DNA from: Microbacteriaceae bacterium
GTDB taxonomy: Bacteria > Actinomycetota > Actinomycetes > Actinomycetales > Microbacteriaceae
Length of the DNA stretch: 64,000 bases
NCBI GenBank assembly: GCA_025352325.1
Contig: JANXTR010000053.1
Coordinates: 13,567-77,566 of the forward strand
Direction: 5' to 3'
The notes under the pieces were generated by a model. That model saw only the letters and a program-made list of their open reading frames with translations, had not been told where the DNA came from and did not search any database. Below are positions 8,251-16,532 of this stretch, piece by piece (position 1 is the first letter of the stretch; every line of letters starts with the position of its first letter). Both the position numbers and the translations under genes were made by a program.

Positions 8251-11128
8251 CGTCACGCTGGAGCTGCCCCCGCGGCTTTCGGCGATCGAGCCGGGACTGC
8301 TCCGCGCGCTCGAGCTGAGCGTGCCGGATGGCGTGCGCTCGCGCGCGACCGACCGGCTGGCCTACGCGCACGACGCCTCGCACTACCTGCTCACGCCGCA
8401 AGCGGTGGTGGCGCCAGACAGTACGGCGCAGGTCGCTGCGCTTCTGCGGGATGCCGCGCGGCAGGGCGTTCCCCTCACCTTCCGCTCGGGCGGCACCAGC
8501 CTCAGCGGCCAGGCGTCGAGCGCCGGCATCCTGGTCGACACCCGTCGCCACTTCCGCGAGATCGAGATACTCGACGGAGGGCTGCGCGTGCGCGTTCAAC
8601 CCGGCGCGACCGTGCGCGCGGTCAATGCCCGACTCGCCCCACATCACCGCAAGCTCGGGCCGGATCCGGCCAGCGAGGGCGCCTGCACGATCGGCGGCGT
8701 GGTGGCCAACAACTCCAGCGGGATGTCGTGCGGCACCGAGTTCAACAGCTACCGAACCCTGGAGTCTGCGGTGCTGTTGCTTCCGAGCGGCACAGTCATC
8801 GACACCAGCGAGCCGGATGCCGAGGCGCAGCTGCGCTCTTTTGAGCCCGAGCTGCATGAGGGCCTGATGCGGCTGCGAGACCGCGTGCGCGGCAACGCCG
8901 CCTCGCTCGCGCGGATCGCGACCCTCTACGCGATCAAGAACACCATGGGCTACGGGGTCAACTCCTTCGTCGACCACGATCGGGCGATCGACATCCTGCT
9001 GCACCTCGTGATCGGCAGCGAGGGGACGCTGGCCTTCGTCGCGTCGGCGACGTTCCGCACCCTGCCCACGCTGCCGCAGCTCGCCACGGGGTTGCTCGTC
9101 TTCCGGGACCTCGACGGAGCCACCGGCGCGCTGCCGGAGCTCGTGGCATCCGGATTCGCGACCATCGAACTGCTCGACGCAACCTCACTGCGAGTCGCCC
9201 AGCGCGATCCGCAAGCCATCGACTCCCTGCTCGCGCTGGACGTCACGACCCAGGCAGCCCTGCTCGTCGAGCACCAGGCCGAGACCGCGGGCGAACTGGC
9301 CGAACGGGTGGGCGCGAGCGCCCCATTGCTGCGGCGCCTGAAGCTAACGACACCCGCCGAGCTGAGCCCGGATGCCCGCACGCGCGCCGCGCTCTGGCAC
9401 ATCCGCAAGGGTCTCTACGCGACCGTCGCGGGCAGCCGGCCGTCGGGGACGACGGCCTTGCTCGAAGACATCGCGGTGCCCGTTCCGGCGTTGCTCGACA
9501 CCTGCACCCGGCTGGTGCAACTGTTCGACCGCTACGGCTACAAGGACAGCGTCATCTTCGGGCACGCCAAGGACGGCAACATCCACTTCATGCTCAACGA
9601 GCACTTCGGGGATGCCGCGAAACTCGACCGCTACGTCGCCTTCACCGAGGACATGGTCGAGCTCGTGCTCGGTCACGACGGCACGCTCAAGGCGGAGCAT
9701 GGCACTGGCCGGATCATGGCTCCGTTCGTGCGGCGGCAGTACGGCGACGAGCTGTTCGAGGTCATGCAGGAGATCAAGCGGCTCGTCGACCCGCTCTGCC
9801 TGCTGAACCCGGGCGTGCTGCTCAACGAGGACGCCACCTCGCACATCTCGAACCTCAAGGTCGCGCCGCCGGTCGAGGTGGAGGTGGACCGCTGCGTCGA
9901 GTGCGGCTACTGCGAGCCGGTGTGCCCGAGCAAGGATCTGACCCTGACGCCCCGGCAGCGCATCGTGCTGCGGCGCGAGCTCGCCACCGCCGAGTTGCGC
10001 GGGGACGACACGCTCGTCGCCGAACTGACTCGCGAATACGACTACGACGGCATCGACACCTGCGCGGTTGACGGGATGTGCGCGACGGCCTGCCCGGTGC
10101 TCATCGACACCGGCGACCTCGTGCGGCGGCTGCGTCACGACCAGCGCAACCCGGTCGAGCAGGCGGGCTGGAAGATGGCCGCGAAGCACTGGGACGGCGC
10201 CTCGCGAGCCGGCGGATTCGCGCTCAGCGCGGTGAAGGCGCTTCCGGCTCCATTGGTCACTGGAGCATCGGTGCTCGCGCGGAAGGTGCTCGGCGCCGAC
10301 ACCGTGCCCCGCTGGGATCCCGACCTGCCGGGCGGCGGCGCGCGACGAGTGGTTCTGCGCCGCGAGGAGGCCGACGTGGTGTTTTTCGCCGCCTGCATCG
10401 GGACGATGTTCGGGCCGGCAGACGGGCACGACGGCCAGGGGCACGGCCCCGGGGCGAGCGCAGCCTTCCTGGCGCTCTGCGAGCGCGCCGGCGTCCGGGT
10501 GCGCACGCCGGAGGGCGTGGCGGGCATGTGCTGCGGCACACCGTGGAAGTCGAAGGGTCTCAGCGACGGCTACGCCGAGATGCGCGAACGCGTGCTGCCC
10601 GCGCTCTGGGAGGCGTCCGAGCACGGGCGGCTGGCAGTCGTCGTGGATGCCGCGTCGTGCACCGAGGGCGTCGAGCGCTTGATCGGTGCGGACGATGACC
10701 GTTTCCCGGGGCTCCGGGTCGTGGACGCGGTGGCGTTCGTCGACGAGAGCGTGATGAGCGCGCTGACCGTGACGGCACCGATCGGGGCGATCGCGCTGCA
10801 TCCGACCTGCTCGTCGATGCAACTCGGCACCAACGACGCGCTCTCTCGCATCGCCGGAGCGATCGCGGCCGAGGTCGTGATCCCCGACGGCTGGGGATGC
10901 TGCGGCTTCGCGGGCGACCGGGGGATGCTGCATCCGGAGCTCACCGCCTCGGCCACCGCGCGCGAGGCGGTGGCCGTCAACTCCCGCGCGTTCGACGCCT
11001 ACGCCTCGACCAACCGGACCTGCGAGCTGGGTCTCACCCGCGCGACCGGCCACGCGTACGAGCACCTGCTCGAGACCCTGGAGCGCGCCACGCGCCCGCT
11101 CACCCCCTCGGCGAAGGAGCCAGCATGA
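8237..11128 (+). CDS. FAD-binding oxidase fused to an Fe-S/CCG domain (D-lactate/glycolate/2-hydroxyacid dehydrogenase, YdiJ/GlcD-GlcF-like)
   Basis: 963-aa ORF. N-terminal FAD-PCMH domain (FRSGGTSLSGQA), a ferredoxin-type CxxCxxCxxxCP motif (CVECGYCEPVCP plus CAVDGMCATACP), and C-terminal CCG repeats (MCCGTPW, GCCGFAG). The GTG start overlaps the dehydratase end by 14 nt. Confidence 0.9.
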   Translation: MSLTDVTLELPPRLSAIEPGLLRALELSVPDGVRSRATDRLAYAHDASHYLLTPQAVVAPDSTAQVAALLRDAARQGVPLTFRSGGTSLSGQASSAGILVDTRRHFREIEILDGGLRVRVQPGATVRAVNARLAPHHRKLGPDPASEGACTIGGVVANNSSGMSCGTEFNSYRTLESAVLLLPSGTVIDTSEPDAEAQLRSFEPELHEGLMRLRDRVRGNAASLARIATLYAIKNTMGYGVNSFVDHDRAIDILLHLVIGSEGTLAFVASATFRTLPTLPQLATGLLVFRDLDGATGALPELVASGFATIELLDATSLRVAQRDPQAIDSLLALDVTTQAALLVEHQAETAGELAERVGASAPLLRRLKLTTPAELSPDARTRAALWHIRKGLYATVAGSRPSGTTALLEDIAVPVPALLDTCTRLVQLFDRYGYKDSVIFGHAKDGNIHFMLNEHFGDAAKLDRYVAFTEDMVELVLGHDGTLKAEHGTGRIMAPFVRRQYGDELFEVMQEIKRLVDPLCLLNPGVLLNEDATSHISNLKVAPPVEVEVDRCVECGYCEPVCPSKDLTLTPRQRIVLRRELATAELRGDDTLVAELTREYDYDGIDTCAVDGMCATACPVLIDTGDLVRRLRHDQRNPVEQAGWKMAAKHWDGASRAGGFALSAVKALPAPLVTGASVLARKVLGADTVPRWDPDLPGGGARRVVLRREEADVVFFAACIGTMFGPADGHDGQGHGPGASAAFLALCERAGVRVRTPEGVAGMCCGTPWKSKGLSDGYAEMRERVLPALWEASEHGRLAVVVDAASCTEGVERLIGADDDRFPGLRVVDAVAFVDESVMSALTVTAPIGAIALHPTCSSMQLGTNDALSRIAGAIAAEVVIPDGWGCCGFAGDRGMLHPELTASATAREAVAVNSRAFDAYASTNRTCELGLTRATGHAYEHLLETLERATRPLTPSAKEPA

Positions 11129-11802
11129 CCAGAACCGCGATCATCACCGGAGGCATGAGCGGATTGGGTGCCGCGTCGGCGATCCGACTCGCGGAGGACG
11201 GCGTCGAGGTGATCCGCTTCGACCTGGCCGCGGGCGCCGACGTCGTGGTCGACGTCTCGGATGCCGCCGCCGTGGATACCGCGGTCGCCCGGGTGGGTGG
11301 CGCCGACATCCTGTTGAACTGCGCCGGCATCGTCGGGCCGAACATGCCGCTCTGGGAGGTCGATGGTGCTGCGTGGGATCGCGTGTTCGCCGTCAACGTG
11401 CGCGGCACCTTCAACCTGTGTCACGCCGTCGTCCCTGGCATGCGGGAGCGCGGCTGGGGCCGCATCGTGAACTTCGCCAGCATCGCCGGCAAGGAGGGCA
11501 ACCCCAACCTCGCCGCGTACTCGGCCTCCAAGGGTGCCGTCATCGCCATGACCAAGTCGCTCGGCAAGGAGCTCGCCACCAGCGGCGTGATCGTGACGGC
11601 CGTCGCCCCCGCCGTGATCGAGACGCCGATGAACGCCGACAACACCCCCGAGGTGCTGCAGTACATGACGAACCTGATCCCGATGAAGCGTCTCGGCCGC
11701 GCCGAGGAGGTCGCCGAGCTGGTGGCTTGGTTGGCCTCCGACCGGGTCAGTTTCTCGACCGGCGCGATCTACGACATCAGCGGAGGGCGGGCGACGTACT
11801 GA
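11125..11802 (+). CDS. SDR-family oxidoreductase
   Basis: Starts MTRTAIITGGMSGLG at ATG 11125, preceded by AAGGAG and joined by an ATGA overlap to the upstream stop. Has NCAG and YSASK motifs. The 301-aa track ORF start is an upstream shadow. Confidence 0.88.
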   Translation: MTRTAIITGGMSGLGAASAIRLAEDGVEVIRFDLAAGADVVVDVSDAAAVDTAVARVGGADILLNCAGIVGPNMPLWEVDGAAWDRVFAVNVRGTFNLCHAVVPGMRERGWGRIVNFASIAGKEGNPNLAAYSASKGAVIAMTKSLGKELATSGVIVTAVAPAVIETPMNADNTPEVLQYMTNLIPMKRLGRAEEVAELVAWLASDRVSFSTGAIYDISGGRATY

Positions 11803-11833
11803 CGGACGACCAGCGTGACGCTGCCCTGTCGCG

Positions 11834-12607
11834 TCAGACGCTCGTGAAACCGCCGTCGATGACCACATTGCTGCCGGTGACCATGGCGGCGTCCTCGCCG
11901 GCGAGGTAGCCGATCAGGGCGGCGATCTCCTCGGGTTTTGCGAAACGACCGACCGGGATCGCCTCCCTCGCGCGCTCGCCCTTCTCGCCCGCCCACGCCT
12001 TCTTGCCGAGCGGCGTCTCGACCACGGTCGGCGAGATCGCGTTGACCGTCACCCCGTGCCGGGCCCACTCGAGCGAGAGCACCCGTGTCAGCGCGACGAT
12101 GGCGCCCTTGCTCGCGGCGTAGGCAGCGTGCTGATCGAGGCCGATGAGGGCGGCTTGGGATGCCAGGTTGATGATGCGTCCGTATCCGGCGTCGATCATG
12201 ACCCGGCCAGCCGCCTGGGCGAGGAAGAAGCTCGCGCTCAGGTTGACGTCCAGGGTCGCCTGCCAGCGATCCATGGGCACGTCGACGGCCGCGTCGAGCA
12301 GGGCGATGCCGGCGGAGTTCACGAGGATGTCGAGCCCACCCCCGACGCGGAGCGTCTCCTCGACCACCTCGCTCGCCGCGCCCTCGACCGTCAGGTCGGT
12401 CGCGATGCCGTGATGCGCACCGCCGGGCAGCTCGGCCATGAGGCTGACGATCCGCGGGTCGAGGTCCACGCCGACGACACGAGCGCCGCGATCGGCGAAG
12501 TAGTGCGCGACCGTGTGACCGATACCGCTGGCGGCTCCGGTGATGAGGGCGACGCGGCCCTCGAAGCTCTGCGGAATCGGAATCGGAATCGCCGTCTGCT
12601 TCGTCAT
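11834..12607 (-). CDS. SDR-family oxidoreductase
   Basis: 257-aa ORF with TGAASGIG, NSAG and YAASK motifs. Convergent with the SDR at 11125..11802. Confidence 0.9.
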   Translation of the reverse strand: MTKQTAIPIPIPQSFEGRVALITGAASGIGHTVAHYFADRGARVVGVDLDPRIVSLMAELPGGAHHGIATDLTVEGAASEVVEETLRVGGGLDILVNSAGIALLDAAVDVPMDRWQATLDVNLSASFFLAQAAGRVMIDAGYGRIINLASQAALIGLDQHAAYAASKGAIVALTRVLSLEWARHGVTVNAISPTVVETPLGKKAWAGEKGERAREAIPVGRFAKPEEIAALIGYLAGEDAAMVTGSNVVIDGGFTSV

Positions 12608-12951
12608 CGACCCTGCCGCATTCGGCCCGGCTTGCGTTCGCCCTTGACGGCGGGCGCGCGGCCCTTCCCCTTGGACGCCTTCGCCTTACCGCCCGGCTTC
12701 GCGGCCGCGGCCACGGCGGCCGTCGCCGACTTGTCGAGCTGGCGCTCGGCCTCCACCAGCAGCGCCTCGCCCTGGGCAGTGAGACGCGTCGAGCTGGCTC
12801 CGGACTCGAACAGCTCGTAGCCCAGCCCGGCCTCCATCGCGCGAATCTTGGCGATCAGGACGGGTCGCGGCATCCCCAGGTCTCGCGCCGCGTGCGCGAA
12901 GTGCAGGGAGGTCGCCGCGGCGACGAACTGCTTGAGCGCGGTGTGATCCAT
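12604..12951 (-). CDS. LysR-type HTH-domain-only protein with a Lys/Ala/Gly/Pro-rich basic tail
   Basis: 115-aa ORF with high GC3. Residues 1-60 match the LysR N-terminal wHTH (LKQFVAAATSLHFAHAARDLGMPRPVLIAKIRAMEAGLGYELF....TRLTAQGEAL). No effector-binding domain follows. The tail is KPGGKAKASKGKGRAPAVKGERKPGR. The stop forms an ATGA overlap with the downstream SDR start. Confidence 0.65.
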   Translation of the reverse strand: MDHTALKQFVAAATSLHFAHAARDLGMPRPVLIAKIRAMEAGLGYELFESGASSTRLTAQGEALLVEAERQLDKSATAAVAAAAKPGGKAKASKGKGRAPAVKGERKPGRMRQGR

Positions 12952-13005
12952 GCCCTCAGGGTACGGGGTCGGTCCGACAGGACAGACGTTGAAGGTCGCG
13001 TCGAG

Positions 13006-13512
13006 CTACTTCCCGAGCACCTTCAGAATGATCACCAGCAATCCGGCGACGGTCGTCGCGAGGGCGCCTGCCACTCGCCACGGCCAGCGGAACCCGCGCC
13101 GCTGCACCGACAGCCAACCGACGACCGCGAGCGACAGGATGGCCGCGCCGAGCGCGAAGTAGTAGGCGAGGTACTCCTCGAGCACGCCCACGGCCCCGAG
13201 CAGCAGGAACAGCAGAGGGATCGCGGCGGAGACGAGCAGCCCCTCCGAGTTCGCGAGAGCATGGCGCAGCACGATGCCAGCGCTGACGGGCGCATCCGCT
13301 GCCCGAGGACCCCCGGCGACGAGCTCGCTGAAGGTGTGGGCGATCCAGACAATCACCACCGACGCCAGCACGACCAGGAACACGTCGAGATCGGGCTGGC
13401 GGTCGTCGGCCACCACCATGACCGCGGTGACGATGATCGTGCCGTAGATGAATGACGGGCCGATCAGGTTCCAGAGCCGATGGTGCTTCTCGGGCATCTC
13501 GTGCGTCTGCAT
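13006..13512 (-). CDS. Hypothetical integral membrane protein
   Basis: 168-aa ORF with four to five hydrophobic spans (IYGTIIVTAVMVV, VFLVVLASVVIVWIA, LLVSAAIPLLFLLLGAVGV, FALGAAILSLAVVGWL, GALATTVAGLLVIIL). No family recognised. Confidence 0.7.
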   Translation of the reverse strand: MQTHEMPEKHHRLWNLIGPSFIYGTIIVTAVMVVADDRQPDLDVFLVVLASVVIVWIAHTFSELVAGGPRAADAPVSAGIVLRHALANSEGLLVSAAIPLLFLLLGAVGVLEEYLAYYFALGAAILSLAVVGWLSVQRRGFRWPWRVAGALATTVAGLLVIILKVLGK

Positions 13513-13621
13513 GCAACAGGTCTACCCTGCCAACAGGACATTTTGTGAGTGTCCAGGCGGCGAGCAGATCCCGACACGCTGATCCCGTGCGGGTGGCTCG
13601 CCGCCGCTGCGCCCGTCAGCG

Positions 13622-13875
13622 TCAGGCGCGCAGCAGTGCCTGAACCTGATCGACGACGAGGTCGGGGCGCGTACGGAACGGATGGTGCCCGGTCGGCAGC
13701 TCGACGGGACGGGTCGCGCGCGCCGCGTGGAAGCGCTGTAATTCGAGTGAGGTGCTGCGGTCCTCCGCGCAGACGAGATAGAGGGCAGGTGCGCGATCGC
13801 CGGATGCCGCCCGGCTTCGACGATGACCGTGCCGCCAGAGGAGTGGCCGACGACGACCGCCGACTCGCCGTCCCG
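13622..13875 (-). pseudogene. Remnant of an alpha/beta-fold hydrolase (N-terminally truncated, internally deleted, frameshifted)
   Basis: My own translation gives one frame reading GESAVVVGHSSGGTVIVEAGRHPAIAHL (nucleophile elbow GHSxG). An adjacent frame reads PALYLVCAEDRSTSLELQRFHAARATRPVELPTGHHPFRTRPDLVVDQVQALLRA-stop (catalytic His region). The roughly 100 aa normally between these parts and the first 70 aa or so are missing. The remnant abuts the GH1 stop codon. Confidence 0.45.
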
Positions 13876-15255
13876 CTAGTCACCGCTCACGGAGGAGTCA
13901 CGCTCGTGCAGAAATGCCTTCAACCAGGAGCCGCTGTCTTTCAGGGTCCGCTGCTGAGTCTCATAGTCGACGTGGACGAGTCCGAATCGCCGCGAGTAGC
14001 CCCAGGCCCACTCGAAGTTGTCGATGAGCGACCATCCGAAGTAGCCGGTAAGCGGGAGGCCGCGCGCGATCGCGTTGGCGCAGGCGGCGAGGTGGTCTCG
14101 GAGGTACTCCAGCCGCTCGGAGTCGTGGACGACGCCATCCGAGCTGACGACGTCCTCGAATGCCGATCCGTTCTCGGTGACGACGAGCGGCAGACCGGGC
14201 GCTCGAGCGCTGGCCATCTCGAGGACGTCGATCAGCCCCTCCGGCACGACCTCCCACCCCATCTGGGTGCGCGGTGCGCCCGTGGTGACAAACTCAACCG
14301 ACGCGCTGCCGGGATATGCGGAGGCTTCCGTCTCGACCACTCCCGGCGCGACGGTGTGTCTGCTGTAGTAGTTGACCCCGAGGAAGTCGAGCGGGGCTGC
14401 GATCGATGCCAGGTCGGCTGCGGACGCGTTGCGAGCGAACCACTCGGCCTCGCCGAGATCGTCGAGCACGTCGAGCGGGTACGAGCCGGTGAGCACCGGG
14501 TCGAGGAACAGCCGATTGCTGAGTCCATCGATGCGACGAGCGGCGTCGACGGCGGCCGGCTGATCGCCGTCAGGGCGAACGGAATACAGGTTCAACGTGA
14601 CCCCGACCGAGGCATCCGGAACCTTCTCGCGCAACACTGGAACGGCGAGGCCGTGGGCGAGGAGGAGGTGATGAGCCGCGCGCGCGGCGTGGCTCCCTTC
14701 GGTTCGGCCGGGGGCATGAACTCCGCTCGCGTACCCAAGAAAGGCGGAGCACCAGGGCTCGTTCAGCGTGATCCAGTTCGTCACGATGTCGCCGAGCCCG
14801 TCGGCAGCGAGTCCCGCATACTCGGCGAAGCGCCGGGCGGTGTCCCGATCGAGCCAGCCCCCGGCGTCCTCGAGCGCCTGGGGCAGGTCCCAGTGGTAGA
14901 GGGTGACCCACGGGGTGATTCCGCGATCAAGCAACTCCTCGGCGAGCCGTCGGTAGAAGTCCAGACCGCGCGGGTTCACGGGGCCCGTACCGTCGGCCTG
15001 GAGGCGTGGCCAGGAGATCGAGAAGCGATATGCGTCGACACCGAGCTCCGCGAGCAGAGCGACGTCGTCGCTCATCCGTCGATAGTGATCGTCAGCGATC
15101 TCGCCCGTCTGCCCGTCGGCGATCGCGCCGGGTCGGCGGGCGAAGGTGTCCCAGATGCTGTCCCCGCGACCGTCCGCGCTCACTGACCCCTCGATCTGGT
15201 ACGCGGCCGTCGCCAGCCCGAAAGCGAACGACGGCGGGAAATCGGATCGCAGCAT
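13876..15255 (-). CDS. GH1 beta-glucosidase
   Basis: Starts MLRSDFPPSFAFGLATAAYQIEG at 15255, with a GAAGGAGAA SD 5 nt upstream. Acid/base motif TLNEPW and nucleophile motif VTENG. Confidence 0.92.
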   Translation of the reverse strand: MLRSDFPPSFAFGLATAAYQIEGSVSADGRGDSIWDTFARRPGAIADGQTGEIADDHYRRMSDDVALLAELGVDAYRFSISWPRLQADGTGPVNPRGLDFYRRLAEELLDRGITPWVTLYHWDLPQALEDAGGWLDRDTARRFAEYAGLAADGLGDIVTNWITLNEPWCSAFLGYASGVHAPGRTEGSHAARAAHHLLLAHGLAVPVLREKVPDASVGVTLNLYSVRPDGDQPAAVDAARRIDGLSNRLFLDPVLTGSYPLDVLDDLGEAEWFARNASAADLASIAAPLDFLGVNYYSRHTVAPGVVETEASAYPGSASVEFVTTGAPRTQMGWEVVPEGLIDVLEMASARAPGLPLVVTENGSAFEDVVSSDGVVHDSERLEYLRDHLAACANAIARGLPLTGYFGWSLIDNFEWAWGYSRRFGLVHVDYETQQRTLKDSGSWLKAFLHERDSSVSGD

Positions 15256-15256
15256 G

Positions 15257-15537
15257 TTAGTTCTCCTTCGCGGGCGCAAGCCAATCGCCATCGCCGTTCT
15301 CAGTGACCGCGATCAGGATGTCGTCGCGCTTGATACCCAGGTCGGCAAGACGGTCGACCACCAGGGCCGCTCCGCGCTGCTTCGTCTCGGAGGTGTAGCC
15401 GGTGAAGGCCAGGATCTGGACGAACACGATGTCCATGCGATCGGCGGACGGATAGCTGGGGCTGTAGAACAGATCGTCCCGCTCTGCGGGCGGAGGTGGG
15501 CCAGGTGATCGTGCAGATCGACGCGGACGAGGGGCAT
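15257..15537 (-). pseudogene. Tautomerase-family (4-OT-like, long form) gene, frameshifted and apparently internally deleted
   Basis: Frame 1 starts MPLVRVDL, the Pro-1 tautomerase signature, with a GAGG SD 6 nt upstream. It turns non-coding after about 15 codons. Frame 2 carries the C-terminal two thirds (ERDDLFYSPSYPSADRMDIVFVQILAFTGYTSETKQRGAALVVDRLADLGIKRDDILIAVTENGDGDWLAPAKEN). The frames switch near 15490-15510. Confidence 0.5.
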
Positions 15538-15545
15538 CGGATGCC

Positions 15546-16529
15546 TCAGCTTCTCTCGGAGAACGTGGGGATGTCGGTGGCCGGCGAATCGGCATCGAGC
15601 CAGTGATCGGGCTCGGGGAGCAGAGCTTCCAGTTCCCGCCAGAGCTCGTCGGGGAGCTCGTGGGTCGCTGCGCTGACGGTCGGCACGATGCGCCCGACCT
15701 TGCTCATCCCCACGATCGTCGCGCAGATGCGAGGGTCGCGGGTGGAACAGCGGATCGCGGCATCGGAGAGGGTCGTGCCCCAGGTGCGGCAGACGGCACG
15801 CATCCCTCGGATGGCATCGAGCTTCGCCGCGGAGGCTGGCCGATAGCCGTAGTGGGTGCTCGTCCCGCTCTCGTCGGCGAGGATCCCCCCGCCGAAGACC
15901 GCCGCGTTGAGAACCGGGACATTCAGTTCGGCAGCCCGAGCCATCAGTGCATCCGCGCTTCGGTCGACGAGGGTCCAGCGGTTGTGCACCAGCAACACGT
16001 CGAAGACGCCGAGCTCGAGGTAGCGCGCCATCTCTCGGACATCGCCTCCGGCAAGCCCGAGATGACCGATCTGCCCGGACTCCCGCGCCGCCAGGAGCGC
16101 GTCGATCGGGCCACCCGGCGCCGTCATCCCGGCGAAGTCGTGGAACTCGGGATCGTGAAGGTGCACAAGTGGGAGCGGCGACAGTCCGAGCCGCTCCGCG
16201 CTCTCGTCCAGCGATCGGCGCACGCGGGTCCCGCTGTAGTCGCTCCCCGCCGGGTCGACCTTGGTGATGACCAGGAAGCCGTCCGGAAGCCGCCCGTACT
16301 CTGCGATCGCTCGTCCGATCCGTTGCTCACTCCGACCCTGGGAGTAGCCGTTGGCGGTATCGATCGTGCGGATGTCGCTCTCGATGACCGCGTGGACGAG
16401 AGCTATCGCGTCTCGCTCCGCGACCTCGTATCCGAAGTTCTCCGGCATGCTCCCCAGGGGACCGCCCCCGAGGATGACGGGGCTCACCCGGAGACCGGTC
16501 GCACCGAGTTCCACCAGGTCCCAGGTCAC
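15546..16529 (-). CDS. Aldo/keto reductase
   Basis: 327-aa ORF with a GTG start. AKR hallmarks include LGATGLRVSPVILGG, IDTANGYSQGRSEQRIG and LVHLHDPE. Confidence 0.9.
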   Translation of the reverse strand: MTWDLVELGATGLRVSPVILGGGPLGSMPENFGYEVAERDAIALVHAVIESDIRTIDTANGYSQGRSEQRIGRAIAEYGRLPDGFLVITKVDPAGSDYSGTRVRRSLDESAERLGLSPLPLVHLHDPEFHDFAGMTAPGGPIDALLAARESGQIGHLGLAGGDVREMARYLELGVFDVLLVHNRWTLVDRSADALMARAAELNVPVLNAAVFGGGILADESGTSTHYGYRPASAAKLDAIRGMRAVCRTWGTTLSDAAIRCSTRDPRICATIVGMSKVGRIVPTVSAATHELPDELWRELEALLPEPDHWLDADSPATDIPTFSERS

Positions 16530-16532
16530 GAC

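Noticed and set aside
5623-8256. 877-aa minus-strand ORF spanning the whole dehydratase locus
   Set aside because: Only its last 272 codons (IclR) look like protein. The rest is antisense to the clearly conserved IlvD/Edd gene and is Arg/Gly/His/Asp-rich shadow sequence, typical of stop-poor high-G+C DNA.
13549-15186. 545-aa plus-strand ORF opposite the GH1 gene
   Set aside because: This is an antisense shadow ORF with Arg/Pro/Gly/Val-rich low-complexity composition. The GH1 frame carries unmistakable family motifs. The same reasoning applies to 15603..17414, 9344..11065, 20308..21567, 25366..26577, 26936..28252, 27433..29508, 32161..34356, 36182..37447, 42902..44245, 45117..47231, 53358..55247, 56396..57550, 57617..58963 and 60846..61730.
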